This document shows, piece by piece, positions 9,742 to 17,805 of a DNA stretch of 38,002 nt. A program made the position numbers and the translations under genes. The stretch lies in the NCBI GenBank assembly GCA_043777235.1, contig JAYVQJ010000121.1, forward strand, positions 1 through 38,002. Direction: 5' to 3'. This DNA comes from Planctomycetia bacterium. Its GTDB lineage: Bacteria; Planctomycetota; Planctomycetia; Planctomycetales; Planctomycetaceae. The notes beneath the pieces are model-generated. The model did not search any database. It had not been told where the DNA came from and saw only the letters and a list, made by a program, of their open reading frames with translations. The first letter of the stretch is position 1; each line of letters begins with the position of its first letter.

Positions 9742-10578
9742 ATGAGCAACATTCCGTCTGATGTGGGCGATGTTCTGCTCGCGTCTGCGCGCGTCACGAG
9801 TCGCTGGCGTGGGTTGATCAAGTTCTTGGCAATCGCCGCGCTGCTGCTGTCGTATCCGGCTTGGTGGCTGAGCGGGGCCGTGCCGCAGGCGCGCGAAGCG
9901 GCGCGTCGGTCGAGCTGCAAGTGCTATCTGAAACAGTTCGGGTTGGCGTTCCACAACTACCATGACACCTACGGCACGTTTCCGCCGGCATTCGTGCTGG
10001 GACCAGATGGCCGGAAGTGGCATAGCTGGCGAGTGCTCATTCTGCCGATGCTCGAACAGTCTGAGTTGTACGCCGAGTACAAATTCGACGAGCCGTGGGA
10101 TGGGCCGAACAACCGCAAGCTGTTGGCGAAGATGCCCGAAATCTTCGCGTGTCCCTCGCGGCCCTGTGAGACCAAACCGCCAGTGTTGGCGATTGGCGTC
10201 TTGGCATGCAGCGATGGACCCGGCCCGTCAGTTGCAAACGGCTACACGAGTTACGCGGCGGTGCTCGGAAAAGACTGTGCGTTCCGAGGCACGAAGCCGG
10301 TCAGCATTTCGGAGATCACCGACGGAACTTCGATGACGCTGCTGATCGGCGAATCGACGCGCACGAAGATCCCGTGGACGAAACCGGAAGACATCGAAAT
10401 CGCGAATCATCCAACGCTCGGCGATCCAAAGGGTTTCTCAGGACCACACGAGGGCGGGAATGGGATGCAATTCTTGAAGGCTGATGGGTCGGTGAGGTTC
10501 ATTCACACCACGACTCCGCAAGCGATCGTTGATGCTCTCTTCACTCGCAACGGCGGCGAGTTGATCAACGATTTCTGA
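9742..10578 (+). CDS. DUF1559 (H-X9-DG) domain protein with a non-canonical N-terminus
   Basis: [50 protein letters not shown], and C-terminal [12 protein letters not shown] match DUF1559. The usual prepilin GFTLIELLVV motif is absent. Confidence 0.85.
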   Translation: MSNIPSDVGDVLLASARVTSRWRGLIKFLAIAALLLSYPAWWLSGAVPQAREAARRSSCKCYLKQFGLAFHNYHDTYGTFPPAFVLGPDGRKWHSWRVLILPMLEQSELYAEYKFDEPWDGPNNRKLLAKMPEIFACPSRPCETKPPVLAIGVLACSDGPGPSVANGYTSYAAVLGKDCAFRGTKPVSISEITDGTSMTLLIGESTRTKIPWTKPEDIEIANHPTLGDPKGFSGPHEGGNGMQFLKADGSVRFIHTTTPQAIVDALFTRNGGELINDF

Positions 10579-10610
10579 GCGTGAACATCGCGGCGCGCTT
10601 TGCGGTTCCG

Positions 10611-10712
10611 CTCAGTCACCCGAAACGTCAGCGAGGGCGAATACTCGACGAATCGAGGGGTATTCGGAGCTTCGTAAAGCGATCGCCCTCGCTGACGCGT
10701 CGGGTTACTGAG
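10611..10712. repeat. Palindromic element, family P (ACCCGAARCGTCAGCGAGGGCGA arms), copy 1
   Basis: ctcagtcacccgaaacgtcagcgagggcga (10611-10640) pairs with tcgccctcgctgacgcgtcgggttactgag (10683-10712). A second copy is at 31754-31832. The right arm overlaps the stop codon of the DUF1028 gene. Confidence 0.9.
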
Positions 10713-11505
10713 CCGACAATTTCGGGCGGTCGGGGCAAGGATGCTGGAACGGCAGTTTGGCTCCGCGCCACGTTCCTTTGGCGTCGTGTTTGAGTTCGGC
10801 GTATTGCTTCGCGAGTTCAACGACCGCGTCGTCGCTCTTGTCGACGTGCAGCGAGAACCAATCGCCGTCGACCCCTTTCTTCGCGACTCGAATGCCGGCG
10901 GCGAGTCGGCCGCGATGATCGCCTCCGGCGCAATCGCCGGCGATGAGCGCAGCCATCAGGCGATCGGTGAGACTACCGGTCGTCTCCTCGTAGGCTTTCG
11001 ACATCGCGACGACGACTTCGCGGCCGGCCAGCGTGTTCCCTTGGCAGCAGTAGAAGCGACCGGTCATGGCTCCCCAGTAGCGGCTTCCTTCCGGAGCGGC
11101 CGTCGGATTGTGGACGGCAGCTTGGCCCTGCATGTCGATGATCGCTAACTGACGCAGTTCCGGAGTCTTGTCGTCCTTGAGCAGTTCGGCGATCACCGCC
11201 TCCGGCCGTTTGCCCGCTTGCAATAGATCGAGCGCCGGCTCGCCCCACTTCGGGACGTGATAATGCTGAGTGCAGAACGCTCCAACATCGGCTCGGACAT
11301 ACGGCACGACCTTGCCGACCGCCGGATACTTGCTGGCGACGGCGGCACCGCAGACATGATTGTCAGGATCGACGGCAACGATCGAGAACGTGGCCGTGAT
11401 CTCCGGCTTCCTGTTCAGCGACTCCTCCGGCGGAGCGGCATTCAGTGATTGGCTCAGCAACGACGTCAATAGAGTCATCACCAGAAGGATGTGAGTTTTT
11501 AGCAC
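10705..11505 (-). CDS. DUF1028 family protein (Ntn-hydrolase-like), secreted
   Basis: ATFSIVAVDPDNHVCGAAVASKYPAVGKVVPYVRADVGAFCTQH is the DUF1028 signature. I chose the GTG at 11505, which gives signal peptide MLKTHILLVMTLLTSLLSQSLNA. Upstream ORF codons read through a repeat. An alternative ATG is at 11478. Confidence 0.8.
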   Translation of the reverse strand: MLKTHILLVMTLLTSLLSQSLNAAPPEESLNRKPEITATFSIVAVDPDNHVCGAAVASKYPAVGKVVPYVRADVGAFCTQHYHVPKWGEPALDLLQAGKRPEAVIAELLKDDKTPELRQLAIIDMQGQAAVHNPTAAPEGSRYWGAMTGRFYCCQGNTLAGREVVVAMSKAYEETTGSLTDRLMAALIAGDCAGGDHRGRLAAGIRVAKKGVDGDWFSLHVDKSDDAVVELAKQYAELKHDAKGTWRGAKLPFQHPCPDRPKLSAQ

Positions 11506-11521
11506 ACGTCTTTTTGACGAT

Positions 11522-11586
11522 CCGGGCGGCGTTAGCCCCCGGACCTGAATCGATTCATCGAATGTCCGAGGGCTGACGCCGCCCGG
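11522..11586. repeat. Palindromic element, family G (CCGGGCGGCGTTAGCCC arms)
   Basis: ccgggcggcgttagcccccggac pairs with gtccgagggctgacgccgcccgg (2 mismatches). An inner gaatcgattc palindrome is present. Confidence 0.85.
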
Positions 11587-11755
11587 CTCGCCGCTTTGGT
11601 TCCGCCATCGTCGCAACAGGACGAAAGTTGCCAGACAAAATCGATTCATCGTTGGTCTCCTGAATTGCCATGTGAGACGTGCTTCGCTCAAGATCATCAA
11701 TGCGAAAGCCCGTCTTGGTCAACGCTGCCGAAGAAACTCAAGGAGACTGAATGCC

Positions 11756-13099
11756 ATGTTGAGATCACGTTGGATGCGAATGGCGAATTGTCTCTTGTCG
11801 CTTCTGCTTGTCGTGGCAACGTCCGCGAATTTGCACGCCGCCGATCCGGCTTATCAGCTTCGAGTCGTGACGGATCGCAAGGACGCGATCTACGAAACCG
11901 GCAGCGATGCGAAATTCTTCATCACGGTCAGCAAAGGGGACGAAGTTGTCCCGAACGCGGCCGTGAAGTTTGTCGTCGATGATTTCCTCAAGAGCGGCGA
12001 GGCGGGGGGATTTCCTGTCGGGAGCGTGACGACCACAGATCAACCGGGCGTCGTCGCAGTCACCGGAAAGCAACCGGGCTTTCTCCAGTGTCATGCGACA
12101 TTCGATGCGCCGGACGGCAAGAAGTTGCAGGCTGCGGCCGGAGCGGGATTCTCGCCGACGAAGATCGGGCTAAGTCTGCCTGTCCCCGATGACTTCGATT
12201 CCTTCTGGAGCGAACAGAAAAAGCTACTCGCCGCCGTGCCGCTCGAACCACAACTCACTCCCGCCAATCAACCGGTGATGAAAGACGATCTCGAATGCTT
12301 CGACGTGCAGATCAAATGTCTTGGCGACGCGCCGGTGTCGGGCTACTTCGCTCGGCCGGCGAACGCCAAGCCGAAAAGTCTGCCAGCGATTCTGTGGGTT
12401 CACGGAGCAGGCGTGCGCAGTTCCGCGATCGGCAACGCGATTCAAGGCGCGAAGCACGGCATGCTGTCGCTCGACATCAATGCTCACGGCATTCCGAACG
12501 GCAAGCCAAACGAGTTCTACACGGAACTCTCGAATGGAAAATTGAAAGGCTACTCTTCCACCGGCCGCGAAAGTCGCGAGACCAGCTACTTTCGCGGCAT
12601 GTTTCTGCGATTGGTGCGAGCGATCGACTTCCTGACGTCGCAGCCCGAATGGGACGGCAAGGTTGTCGCTGTGGTCGGCCACAGCCAAGGCGGAGGCCAA
12701 GCTCTTGTCGCGGGCGGCCTCGATCCACGAGTCACCATCATCGCGTCGGGCGTTCCCGCGATCTGTGATCACTCCGGCCGAGCCTCCGGACGAATCAACG
12801 GCTGGCCGAAGCTCGTTCCCGATGGCACCGACGCCAAACCCGATCCGCGCATTCTCGAAGCCTCGCGCTACGTCGATGCCGTCAACTTCGCCAGCCGCTG
12901 CCAAGCCGAAGCCATCCTGAGCGTCGGCTTCGTCGATGCCGTCTGCCCACCCACAAGCTGCTACGCCGCGTTCAACGCGCTGCCAGGCAAAAAAGAAATG
13001 CTCAACGAACCGCTGATGGCTCACGCCGCGCCGCCGCACATTCAGGAAGCGTTCTTCGCACGCATCCTAGACCATGTGAAACGCCACTCGGCAAAGTAA
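11756..13099 (+). CDS. Acetyl xylan esterase / cephalosporin-C deacetylase family (CE7) with an N-terminal extra domain, secreted
   Basis: Signal peptide MLRSRWMRMANCLLSLLLVVATSANLHA, a GHSQGG nucleophile elbow, and LWVHGAG plus a C-terminal His region typical of AXE1. AAGGAGA lies upstream of the ATG at 11756. Confidence 0.85.
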   Translation: MLRSRWMRMANCLLSLLLVVATSANLHAADPAYQLRVVTDRKDAIYETGSDAKFFITVSKGDEVVPNAAVKFVVDDFLKSGEAGGFPVGSVTTTDQPGVVAVTGKQPGFLQCHATFDAPDGKKLQAAAGAGFSPTKIGLSLPVPDDFDSFWSEQKKLLAAVPLEPQLTPANQPVMKDDLECFDVQIKCLGDAPVSGYFARPANAKPKSLPAILWVHGAGVRSSAIGNAIQGAKHGMLSLDINAHGIPNGKPNEFYTELSNGKLKGYSSTGRESRETSYFRGMFLRLVRAIDFLTSQPEWDGKVVAVVGHSQGGGQALVAGGLDPRVTIIASGVPAICDHSGRASGRINGWPKLVPDGTDAKPDPRILEASRYVDAVNFASRCQAEAILSVGFVDAVCPPTSCYAAFNALPGKKEMLNEPLMAHAAPPHIQEAFFARILDHVKRHSAK

Positions 13100-13137
13100 T
13101 AGCGGCCCTGGAAATTGAGCGTGATCGAATCAGCCAG

Positions 13138-13479
13138 TCACGGTTTCGACAAGAGGTCTTCCAAGGCTGGTATCAGCGGCGGCAGATCCTGCGTCAGGAT
13201 GTTCCACAGGATGTCATGGTCGATCTGGTCGTAACCGTGGATCAGCCGATTGCGCGTGCTGATGATTTGAGGCCAAGGAATGTGAGCGGACCCGACCTGC
13301 GTTTCTTTGGTCAGGCGAGACGCCGCTTCACCGATGATCTCGACGAGCCGGACCATCGCAAGCTGAAACAACCGGTCGGAGTCCAGGTCACCGCGCGATC
13401 GGCCTTGCGAAAACTGAACGGACTCACGGCAAGCGTCGAGCATGTGACGCAAACGGATCGAGTCGTCATGGTGCGACAT
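13138..13479 (-). CDS. hepT: HepT-like (DUF86, HEPN) toxin of an MNT-HepT toxin-antitoxin system
   Basis: 113 aa. The RNRLIHGY motif (Rx4HxY HEPN active site) lies in the C-terminal half. The gene overlaps the upstream MNT gene by 14 nt. Confidence 0.9.
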   Translation of the reverse strand: MSHHDDSIRLRHMLDACRESVQFSQGRSRGDLDSDRLFQLAMVRLVEIIGEAASRLTKETQVGSAHIPWPQIISTRNRLIHGYDQIDHDILWNILTQDLPPLIPALEDLLSKP

Positions 13480-13768
13480 ACAAATCCTTCGCCTGAGCCA
13501 GCACGTCGTCTCGAAAATACTTGCTGAGGCACTGTGGCGTATTCAGGTCCACCTGCCGGCAGAACAACGCGGAAAGTTCCTCTTGCATGGCGAAGAACGC
13601 CAAACCGGGAACATGCCCCGGCTTGAATTCGGTGAGCACATCCACGTCGCTCGCCGCACCGAAGTCCTCGCGCAACACCGACCCAAACAATGCCAACCGC
13701 TGAATGTGGTGACGTTCGCAAAAGCTTGCGATCTCGGATTGCGGAATCGGTAGCGAGGCTACAGACAT
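13466..13768 (-). CDS. mntA: MNT-type nucleotidyltransferase antitoxin
   Basis: LALFGSVLREDFGAASDVDVL is the GSx10-DxD nucleotidyltransferase motif. AAGGAGC lies 5 nt upstream of the ATG at 13768. Confidence 0.9.
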   Translation of the reverse strand: MSVASLPIPQSEIASFCERHHIQRLALFGSVLREDFGAASDVDVLTEFKPGHVPGLAFFAMQEELSALFCRQVDLNTPQCLSKYFRDDVLAQAKDLYVAP

Positions 13769-13834
13769 GGGAAGCTCCTTTGGGTAGCTCTCGTGCAAAG
13801 TCGATCGGGGCGTCCAAGGGTTTTTAGGTTGGAT

Positions 13835-14557
13835 TCAATGAATGTGACGATACAGAGTGTTCAACAAACTCTCCGTTTTGTCAGTCCAATCCTTTAGCCG
13901 ATCGACCCACTCCATTTTGAAACGAGATTCCTCAATCTCTTCCGTCTCGTAAAAGATCGCTGCAAGTTCCTGCGGAATTGATGATCCAACCCGAACCTCA
14001 AACGGAGTTTGAATTCGCTGCCCGTCGATCCTTACTGTCGCGCCGCTATCGGCGATGAAAGCTGATCCTTCACCAAGCAGCACGAGGCCTGATCCATCAT
14101 GGATCTGCGGTTCGCCCAATTTCACCAGGCTTTGATGCTTTTGAGAATTAACCGCTTCTATTAAGTCTGACAGCCATTGCTGCCCCTGAACTGCTTCTAA
14201 TTCTTTATAGAGCGGAGCGTTGATTTTCGCGATGTGCTGATGAAGGTATCCATACTGACTCTCCTTCGCGAACTCATGGATGATTCCCGCCGATGTCTTC
14301 TGATTGCCTAATTTGTCAATCGGATGGATGTAAGGAAAATAGATCTTTTTCGGTAGCGCTCCAGCGGGAGCCAGTTGGGCGATGTCATGTACCGCATAAT
14401 CCAATGCTGACCGAAGATGTTCCAGAACACTTTTTATTTTGGTCTTGATTCGGTCGAAGGACGTTTTCTGGGTACGGGTCAAAAGATTGTTCTGGATGAC
14501 TTGCAGATCTTCCCTCGCACTGCGAACCAAACGGTCGATGTCTGTTTTCCTATTCAT
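13835..14557 (-). CDS. Hypothetical protein (orphan, low GC)
   Basis: 240 aa from the ATG at 14557 (GGGAG upstream; the tracked ORF begins at a TTG at 14581). Hand-counted GC of several 60-nt lines is 42-50%, against about 60% in neighbouring genes. I recognise no family. Confidence 0.6.
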   Translation of the reverse strand: MNRKTDIDRLVRSAREDLQVIQNNLLTRTQKTSFDRIKTKIKSVLEHLRSALDYAVHDIAQLAPAGALPKKIYFPYIHPIDKLGNQKTSAGIIHEFAKESQYGYLHQHIAKINAPLYKELEAVQGQQWLSDLIEAVNSQKHQSLVKLGEPQIHDGSGLVLLGEGSAFIADSGATVRIDGQRIQTPFEVRVGSSIPQELAAIFYETEEIEESRFKMEWVDRLKDWTDKTESLLNTLYRHIH

Positions 14558-14693
14558 TCTACGACTCCCATCAGTGGCCAATCTTAATTCGCCCGAAACC
14601 GAATCACTAACTCCGATTCGCGGTGTTCATCTCGCTCACCATACCTAGCAGCCCAAAATCGTTTGTTTCAGTCAAGTCTCGATCTGTGCGACA

Positions 14694-16001
14694 TTACGCC
14701 TTCTCAGGCAACTCATACCCTTTGCGTCTTGGTCGGTCGAGCAACTGGTTGGCTTCGTCATCTCCGACGAACTTCTCCGCGACGGGATCCCAATTCAGAT
14801 TGCGGCCGAGTTGTCTGCCGATGTTGCCGAGGTGAAAGATCGTGGCGGTGCGGTGGCCACACTCGACGTCGGCGACGGGGAGCGTGTTGGTGTCGATGCT
14901 GTCGAGCCAGTTGTTGATGTGGGCGACGGTGTAGGACGGGCCGTCGGGGAGTTGCACGTTTTCGATCAGCTCCATCGGGTTGGAATGCACGCTGCCTCGG
15001 CGGATTTCGACTTTGCCTTTCTCGCCGATGAAGATGGCTCCGCTGATCGAGCCGGTGCTGAGTTCAAAGCGTGTGCCGTTGGCGTACTCGAACGCCAGCG
15101 ACGGGCGGCGGCAAAGGTTCCAGCCGCGATCGCGCGATTCGGGAGCGGTGTAGCGCGGCGGATCGAGCGGTGGGCCATCGACCAGCACACGCACCGGGCC
15201 GGTCGCGTCCATGCCCAGCGCCCATTGCACTTGATCGAACGCATGGCCGCCCCAGTTCCCCATGTTGCCGGTGCTGAAGTCGCGGCTCTCCATCCAGCCG
15301 GGCTTCCCTTCGCACTCGAACAGGTTCGAGTGATACGGCCTCAGCGGCGACGGTCCGCACCAGAAGTCCCAATCGAGTTCCGACGGGATCGGCTCGGCCG
15401 GCAGATCGACGATCCACGGGCTGTTGAGATTCGGCCCGATGACTTGCTTGACGTGCCCGATCGCTCCGCTGCGAATGAGCGCGCAGCCGTCGCGATTCGG
15501 AATCGTCGAACGCTGCTGACTGCCGACCTGCACGATGCGGCGATACTTCCGAGCCGCCTCAACCATGCGCCGCCCCTCGACCACGCACAGCGTCATCGGC
15601 TTCTCGACATACACATGCTTCCCCGCCTGACACGCCGCAATCGCGATCAGCGCGTGCCAGTGGTCCGGCGTGGAGATCACCACGGCATCGACGTCCTGGC
15701 GATCGAGCACTCGCCGATAGTCCTGTACCACGTCTTTGTTGGTGATGTTGACCTTGCGAGCCGCCAGTTCCGCTCGCCCCCGATGTACATCACACGCCGC
15801 CACAATCCGAACCCGCGGAGGCAATCCGGGGTCAATGTAGCTCTGCCCGCGCCGACCGCAGCCGATCAACGCGACACCAACTCGCGAGTTGGCTCCCGGT
15901 CGATCGCCCTGAGCCAGAGCGCTGCGCGAGATGAAGAGTGGGGCCGCTGCGGATACGACGCTTTGTTGAAGGAAGGCGCGACGAGTTGATCGACGTTGCA
16001 T
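14694..16001 (-). CDS. Gfo/Idh/MocA family oxidoreductase with a Tat signal
   Basis: MQRRSTRRAFLQQSVVSAAAPLF is a twin-arginine signal. VGVALIGCGRRG is the Rossmann motif. EKP (YVEKPMT) and a glycoside-hydrolase-109-like C-terminus are present. Confidence 0.9.
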   Translation of the reverse strand: MQRRSTRRAFLQQSVVSAAAPLFISRSALAQGDRPGANSRVGVALIGCGRRGQSYIDPGLPPRVRIVAACDVHRGRAELAARKVNITNKDVVQDYRRVLDRQDVDAVVISTPDHWHALIAIAACQAGKHVYVEKPMTLCVVEGRRMVEAARKYRRIVQVGSQQRSTIPNRDGCALIRSGAIGHVKQVIGPNLNSPWIVDLPAEPIPSELDWDFWCGPSPLRPYHSNLFECEGKPGWMESRDFSTGNMGNWGGHAFDQVQWALGMDATGPVRVLVDGPPLDPPRYTAPESRDRGWNLCRRPSLAFEYANGTRFELSTGSISGAIFIGEKGKVEIRRGSVHSNPMELIENVQLPDGPSYTVAHINNWLDSIDTNTLPVADVECGHRTATIFHLGNIGRQLGRNLNWDPVAEKFVGDDEANQLLDRPRRKGYELPEKA

Positions 16002-16038
16002 GGGATGCCTTTGTCTCAAGTAATCCAAACCAGGAAAG

Positions 16039-16737
16039 CTATTCGTGAACGTAGGCCCAATCGCCAACTCGTTCGAGCGACCCACCGTACCCGCGATCCG
16101 GGTAATTCTGATCGGGGAAATACAACATCATGTCCCAGTTGATGCCACCGGATGGTGTGGCGACCGAAAGAGCCCAAGCGTTGTTTGCGAAGCGGTCTTT
16201 GGCCTCAATGCCGGTGTGATATCGGAATTCTGGATAAGCCATCATGCCTGTACCCGGAATAGCCGGAAGGTATTCTGGGACTAGATCATTCAGCGACTGC
16301 GGAGGCCCGGAATGAGCTCGTTCGTATTTCCGAACAGCAGCAATCAATGGCTGGCTTCGCTGGGTAAATTCGCGCATGCACGCCATTCGAGTCTTGTGTC
16401 CAAGCACGATGCCCGCGACGCAGCATGGGATAAAGAGGACGGACAAAACCAACCAGAGGGTCGCTTGGCGTCGGACCCGTTGAAAGAGAAGGCAAATCAC
16501 AAGCATGGGAATGCCGGGGACGGCTGCGATCAGTGGAAGGGCATAGATGATTTGGCCCCAAAGAAATAAAGACGTGCCGATCGGCGTCGTTGAAATCCAT
16601 TGCGAAAAAGGAAAGTACCAGATCGCAGAAATCGCGAACGCGAAGACACCGAGAACGGAGTCCCGTCGAGTTGCCAATGGTGCGTCCCCACGTCCCTTAG
16701 AATCACGGCCATCTGACATTGGCAGTGTTTCTGTCAT
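16039..16737 (-). CDS. Hypothetical membrane protein
   Basis: From MTETLPMSDG... there are 3-4 hydrophobic helices followed by a soluble C-terminal domain. GC is about 45-55%. The 5' end overlaps the out-of-frame tail of a truncated toxin ORF. Confidence 0.6.
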   Translation of the reverse strand: MTETLPMSDGRDSKGRGDAPLATRRDSVLGVFAFAISAIWYFPFSQWISTTPIGTSLFLWGQIIYALPLIAAVPGIPMLVICLLFQRVRRQATLWLVLSVLFIPCCVAGIVLGHKTRMACMREFTQRSQPLIAAVRKYERAHSGPPQSLNDLVPEYLPAIPGTGMMAYPEFRYHTGIEAKDRFANNAWALSVATPSGGINWDMMLYFPDQNYPDRGYGGSLERVGDWAYVHE

Positions 16738-16819
16738 TTTCGTCGCCAGTTGAAAGGACAAAGTCGACGTTGAATCTATCGGCTCTGCCCGGCGTTGGTG
16801 AGGAATTGCCGGTTGTTGA

Positions 16820-16885
16820 TCGTGTCTTTCCCGCCAGGCCGAGGTCCGCAATCCAGACTTCACCGTGTTTGGGTCGGGGCGTCAT
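16820..16885 (-). pseudogene. 5' remnant of a PemK/MazF-like toxin gene
   Basis: MTPRPKHGEVWIADLGLAGKTR matches the conserved N-terminus of PemK-like toxins (GE[IV]W.[AV]DLG.A.K.RP). Resemblance stops after about 22 codons, and the reading frame runs into the next gene. Confidence 0.5.
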
Positions 16886-17051
16886 CCAGCAGGTCCAGTA
16901 CTTCCTGTTCCACGGATCGCGAACGCAACAAATCCAACGAGTCGTGATCCGCCAATTCGATGATCTGGCTCACCAAGACTTCAACCTGCTGACACGTCGA
17001 GGGATCCCAGCGTTTCAGCTTCTCGTCAAGTTCCATCGCCAAATTGGACAT
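16860..17051 (-). CDS. Small antitoxin-like protein (orphaned partner of the truncated PemK-like gene)
   Basis: 63 aa (MSNLAMELDEKLKRWDPSTCQQVEVLVSQIIELAD...). GGGAGGA lies 7 nt upstream of the ATG at 17051. The 3' end overlaps the start of the toxin remnant. Confidence 0.55.
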   Translation of the reverse strand: MSNLAMELDEKLKRWDPSTCQQVEVLVSQIIELADHDSLDLLRSRSVEQEVLDLLDDAPTQTR

Positions 17052-17133
17052 TGGGGCGTCCTCCCGAATCAGACCTTCAACGACATTACGGCCAACGATT
17101 CTTTTCTGGAACCTGGCAGGCGTCAACGACCAA

Positions 17134-17213
17134 CTACTTTTCCACAAACCAAACATTGCGATAGCGGACTTCGGCTTGATGGTCTAGCAGGTTGATCGGG
17201 CCGGGATCAGGGC
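17134..17213 (-). pseudogene. Isolated 3'-terminal fragment of a DUF1080 gene (copy 1)
   Basis: The minus strand encodes PDPGPINLLDHQAEVRYRNVWFVEK followed by a stop. There is no upstream ORF. The 70-nt core 17144-17213 is about 94% identical to 17700-17769. Confidence 0.8.
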
Positions 17214-17290
17214 TTTCGCAGAGAGGGGAATCGGGTGTTCCGATCTTGTCGGCTCATGATATCATCCGAGCCGGGAACGGGAGAAAAAAC

Positions 17291-17539
17291 ATGATCGAAG
17301 ACCCTGAACTGCTAATCGGATTGAGCGACGGTGAGCTGGAAGCTTTGGCAGAAGGCGTCTTGTCGCCTGTGGCACAGATTCGCCTGGATGAATTGTTGGC
17401 TCGCAATGCCGAAAGCCGGCTCTCCGCATCAGAACAAGCTGAGCTTGACCGGCTCTTGGATCGCGTGGACCACCTGACGACCGTCAAGACGCGGGCGAGA
17501 TACACCTTGCACCAACGAGTGGCAGCGAGTCGCCTGTGA
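17291..17539 (+). CDS. Small hypothetical protein (antitoxin-like helical protein)
   Basis: 82 aa (MIEDPELLIGLSDGELEALAEGVLSP...SASEQAELDRLLDRVDHL...). Its stop overlaps a GTG-initiated short ORF. Confidence 0.55.
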   Translation: MIEDPELLIGLSDGELEALAEGVLSPVAQIRLDELLARNAESRLSASEQAELDRLLDRVDHLTTVKTRARYTLHQRVAASRL

Positions 17540-17598
17540 GCGCCTACATTCCCGTCGAACTCACGCAAAGATTGCCAACAATTCGATTTGGCCACTGA
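17536..17598 (+). pseudogene. Possible 5' remnant of an HNH-endonuclease-like partner gene
   Basis: GTG overlaps the upstream stop (GTGA). It encodes VSAYIPVELTQRLPTIRFGH then a stop. YIPVEL..RL resembles the N-terminus of small HNH proteins paired with such upstream genes. It is cut off where a palindromic repeat begins. This rests on about 10 residues only. Confidence 0.3.
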
Positions 17599-17677
17599 TG
17601 AAACACGGACCAAACACGGATCAGGAAATTCAAGGCCACTCATTTTTTCCGTGTTCAATCTGTGTTTCATCCGTGGC
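17591..17677. repeat. Palindromic element, family F (GCCACTGATGAAACACGGACCAAACACGG arms)
   Basis: The left arm (from 17591) pairs with ccgtgttcaatctgtgtttcatccgtggc (to 17677). The palindrome is imperfect. Confidence 0.85.
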
Positions 17678-17688
17678 TGAAACTTGAG

Positions 17689-17769
17689 GCTACTTCTCGA
17701 CAAACCAAACATTGCGATAGCGGACTTCGGCTTGATGGTCTTGCAGGTTGATCGGACCGGGGTCGGGGC
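17689..17769 (-). pseudogene. Isolated 3'-terminal fragment of a DUF1080 gene (copy 2)
   Basis: The minus strand encodes GPDPGPINLQDHQAEVRYRNVWFVEK followed by a stop (TAG at 17689-17691). There is no upstream ORF. Confidence 0.8.
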
Positions 17770-17772
17770 CTT

Positions 17773-17802
17773 GGTGGGTCTCGATGACTCGGCCCACCCT
17801 AC
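17773..17802. repeat. Single arm of palindromic family V (GTAGGGTGSGYCGAGTCATCGAGACCCACC)
   Basis: ggtgggtctcgatgactcggcccaccctac is the reverse complement of the arm consensus seen at 23487-23515 and 37966-37995. It lies 3 nt downstream of the giant gene's stop. Confidence 0.85.
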
Positions 17803-17805
17803 GGA

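Noticed and set aside
14811-15989. 392-aa plus-strand ORF opposite the Gfo/Idh/MocA gene
   Set aside because: It is an antisense shadow ORF. The minus-strand frame has a Tat signal, a Rossmann motif and an EKP motif.
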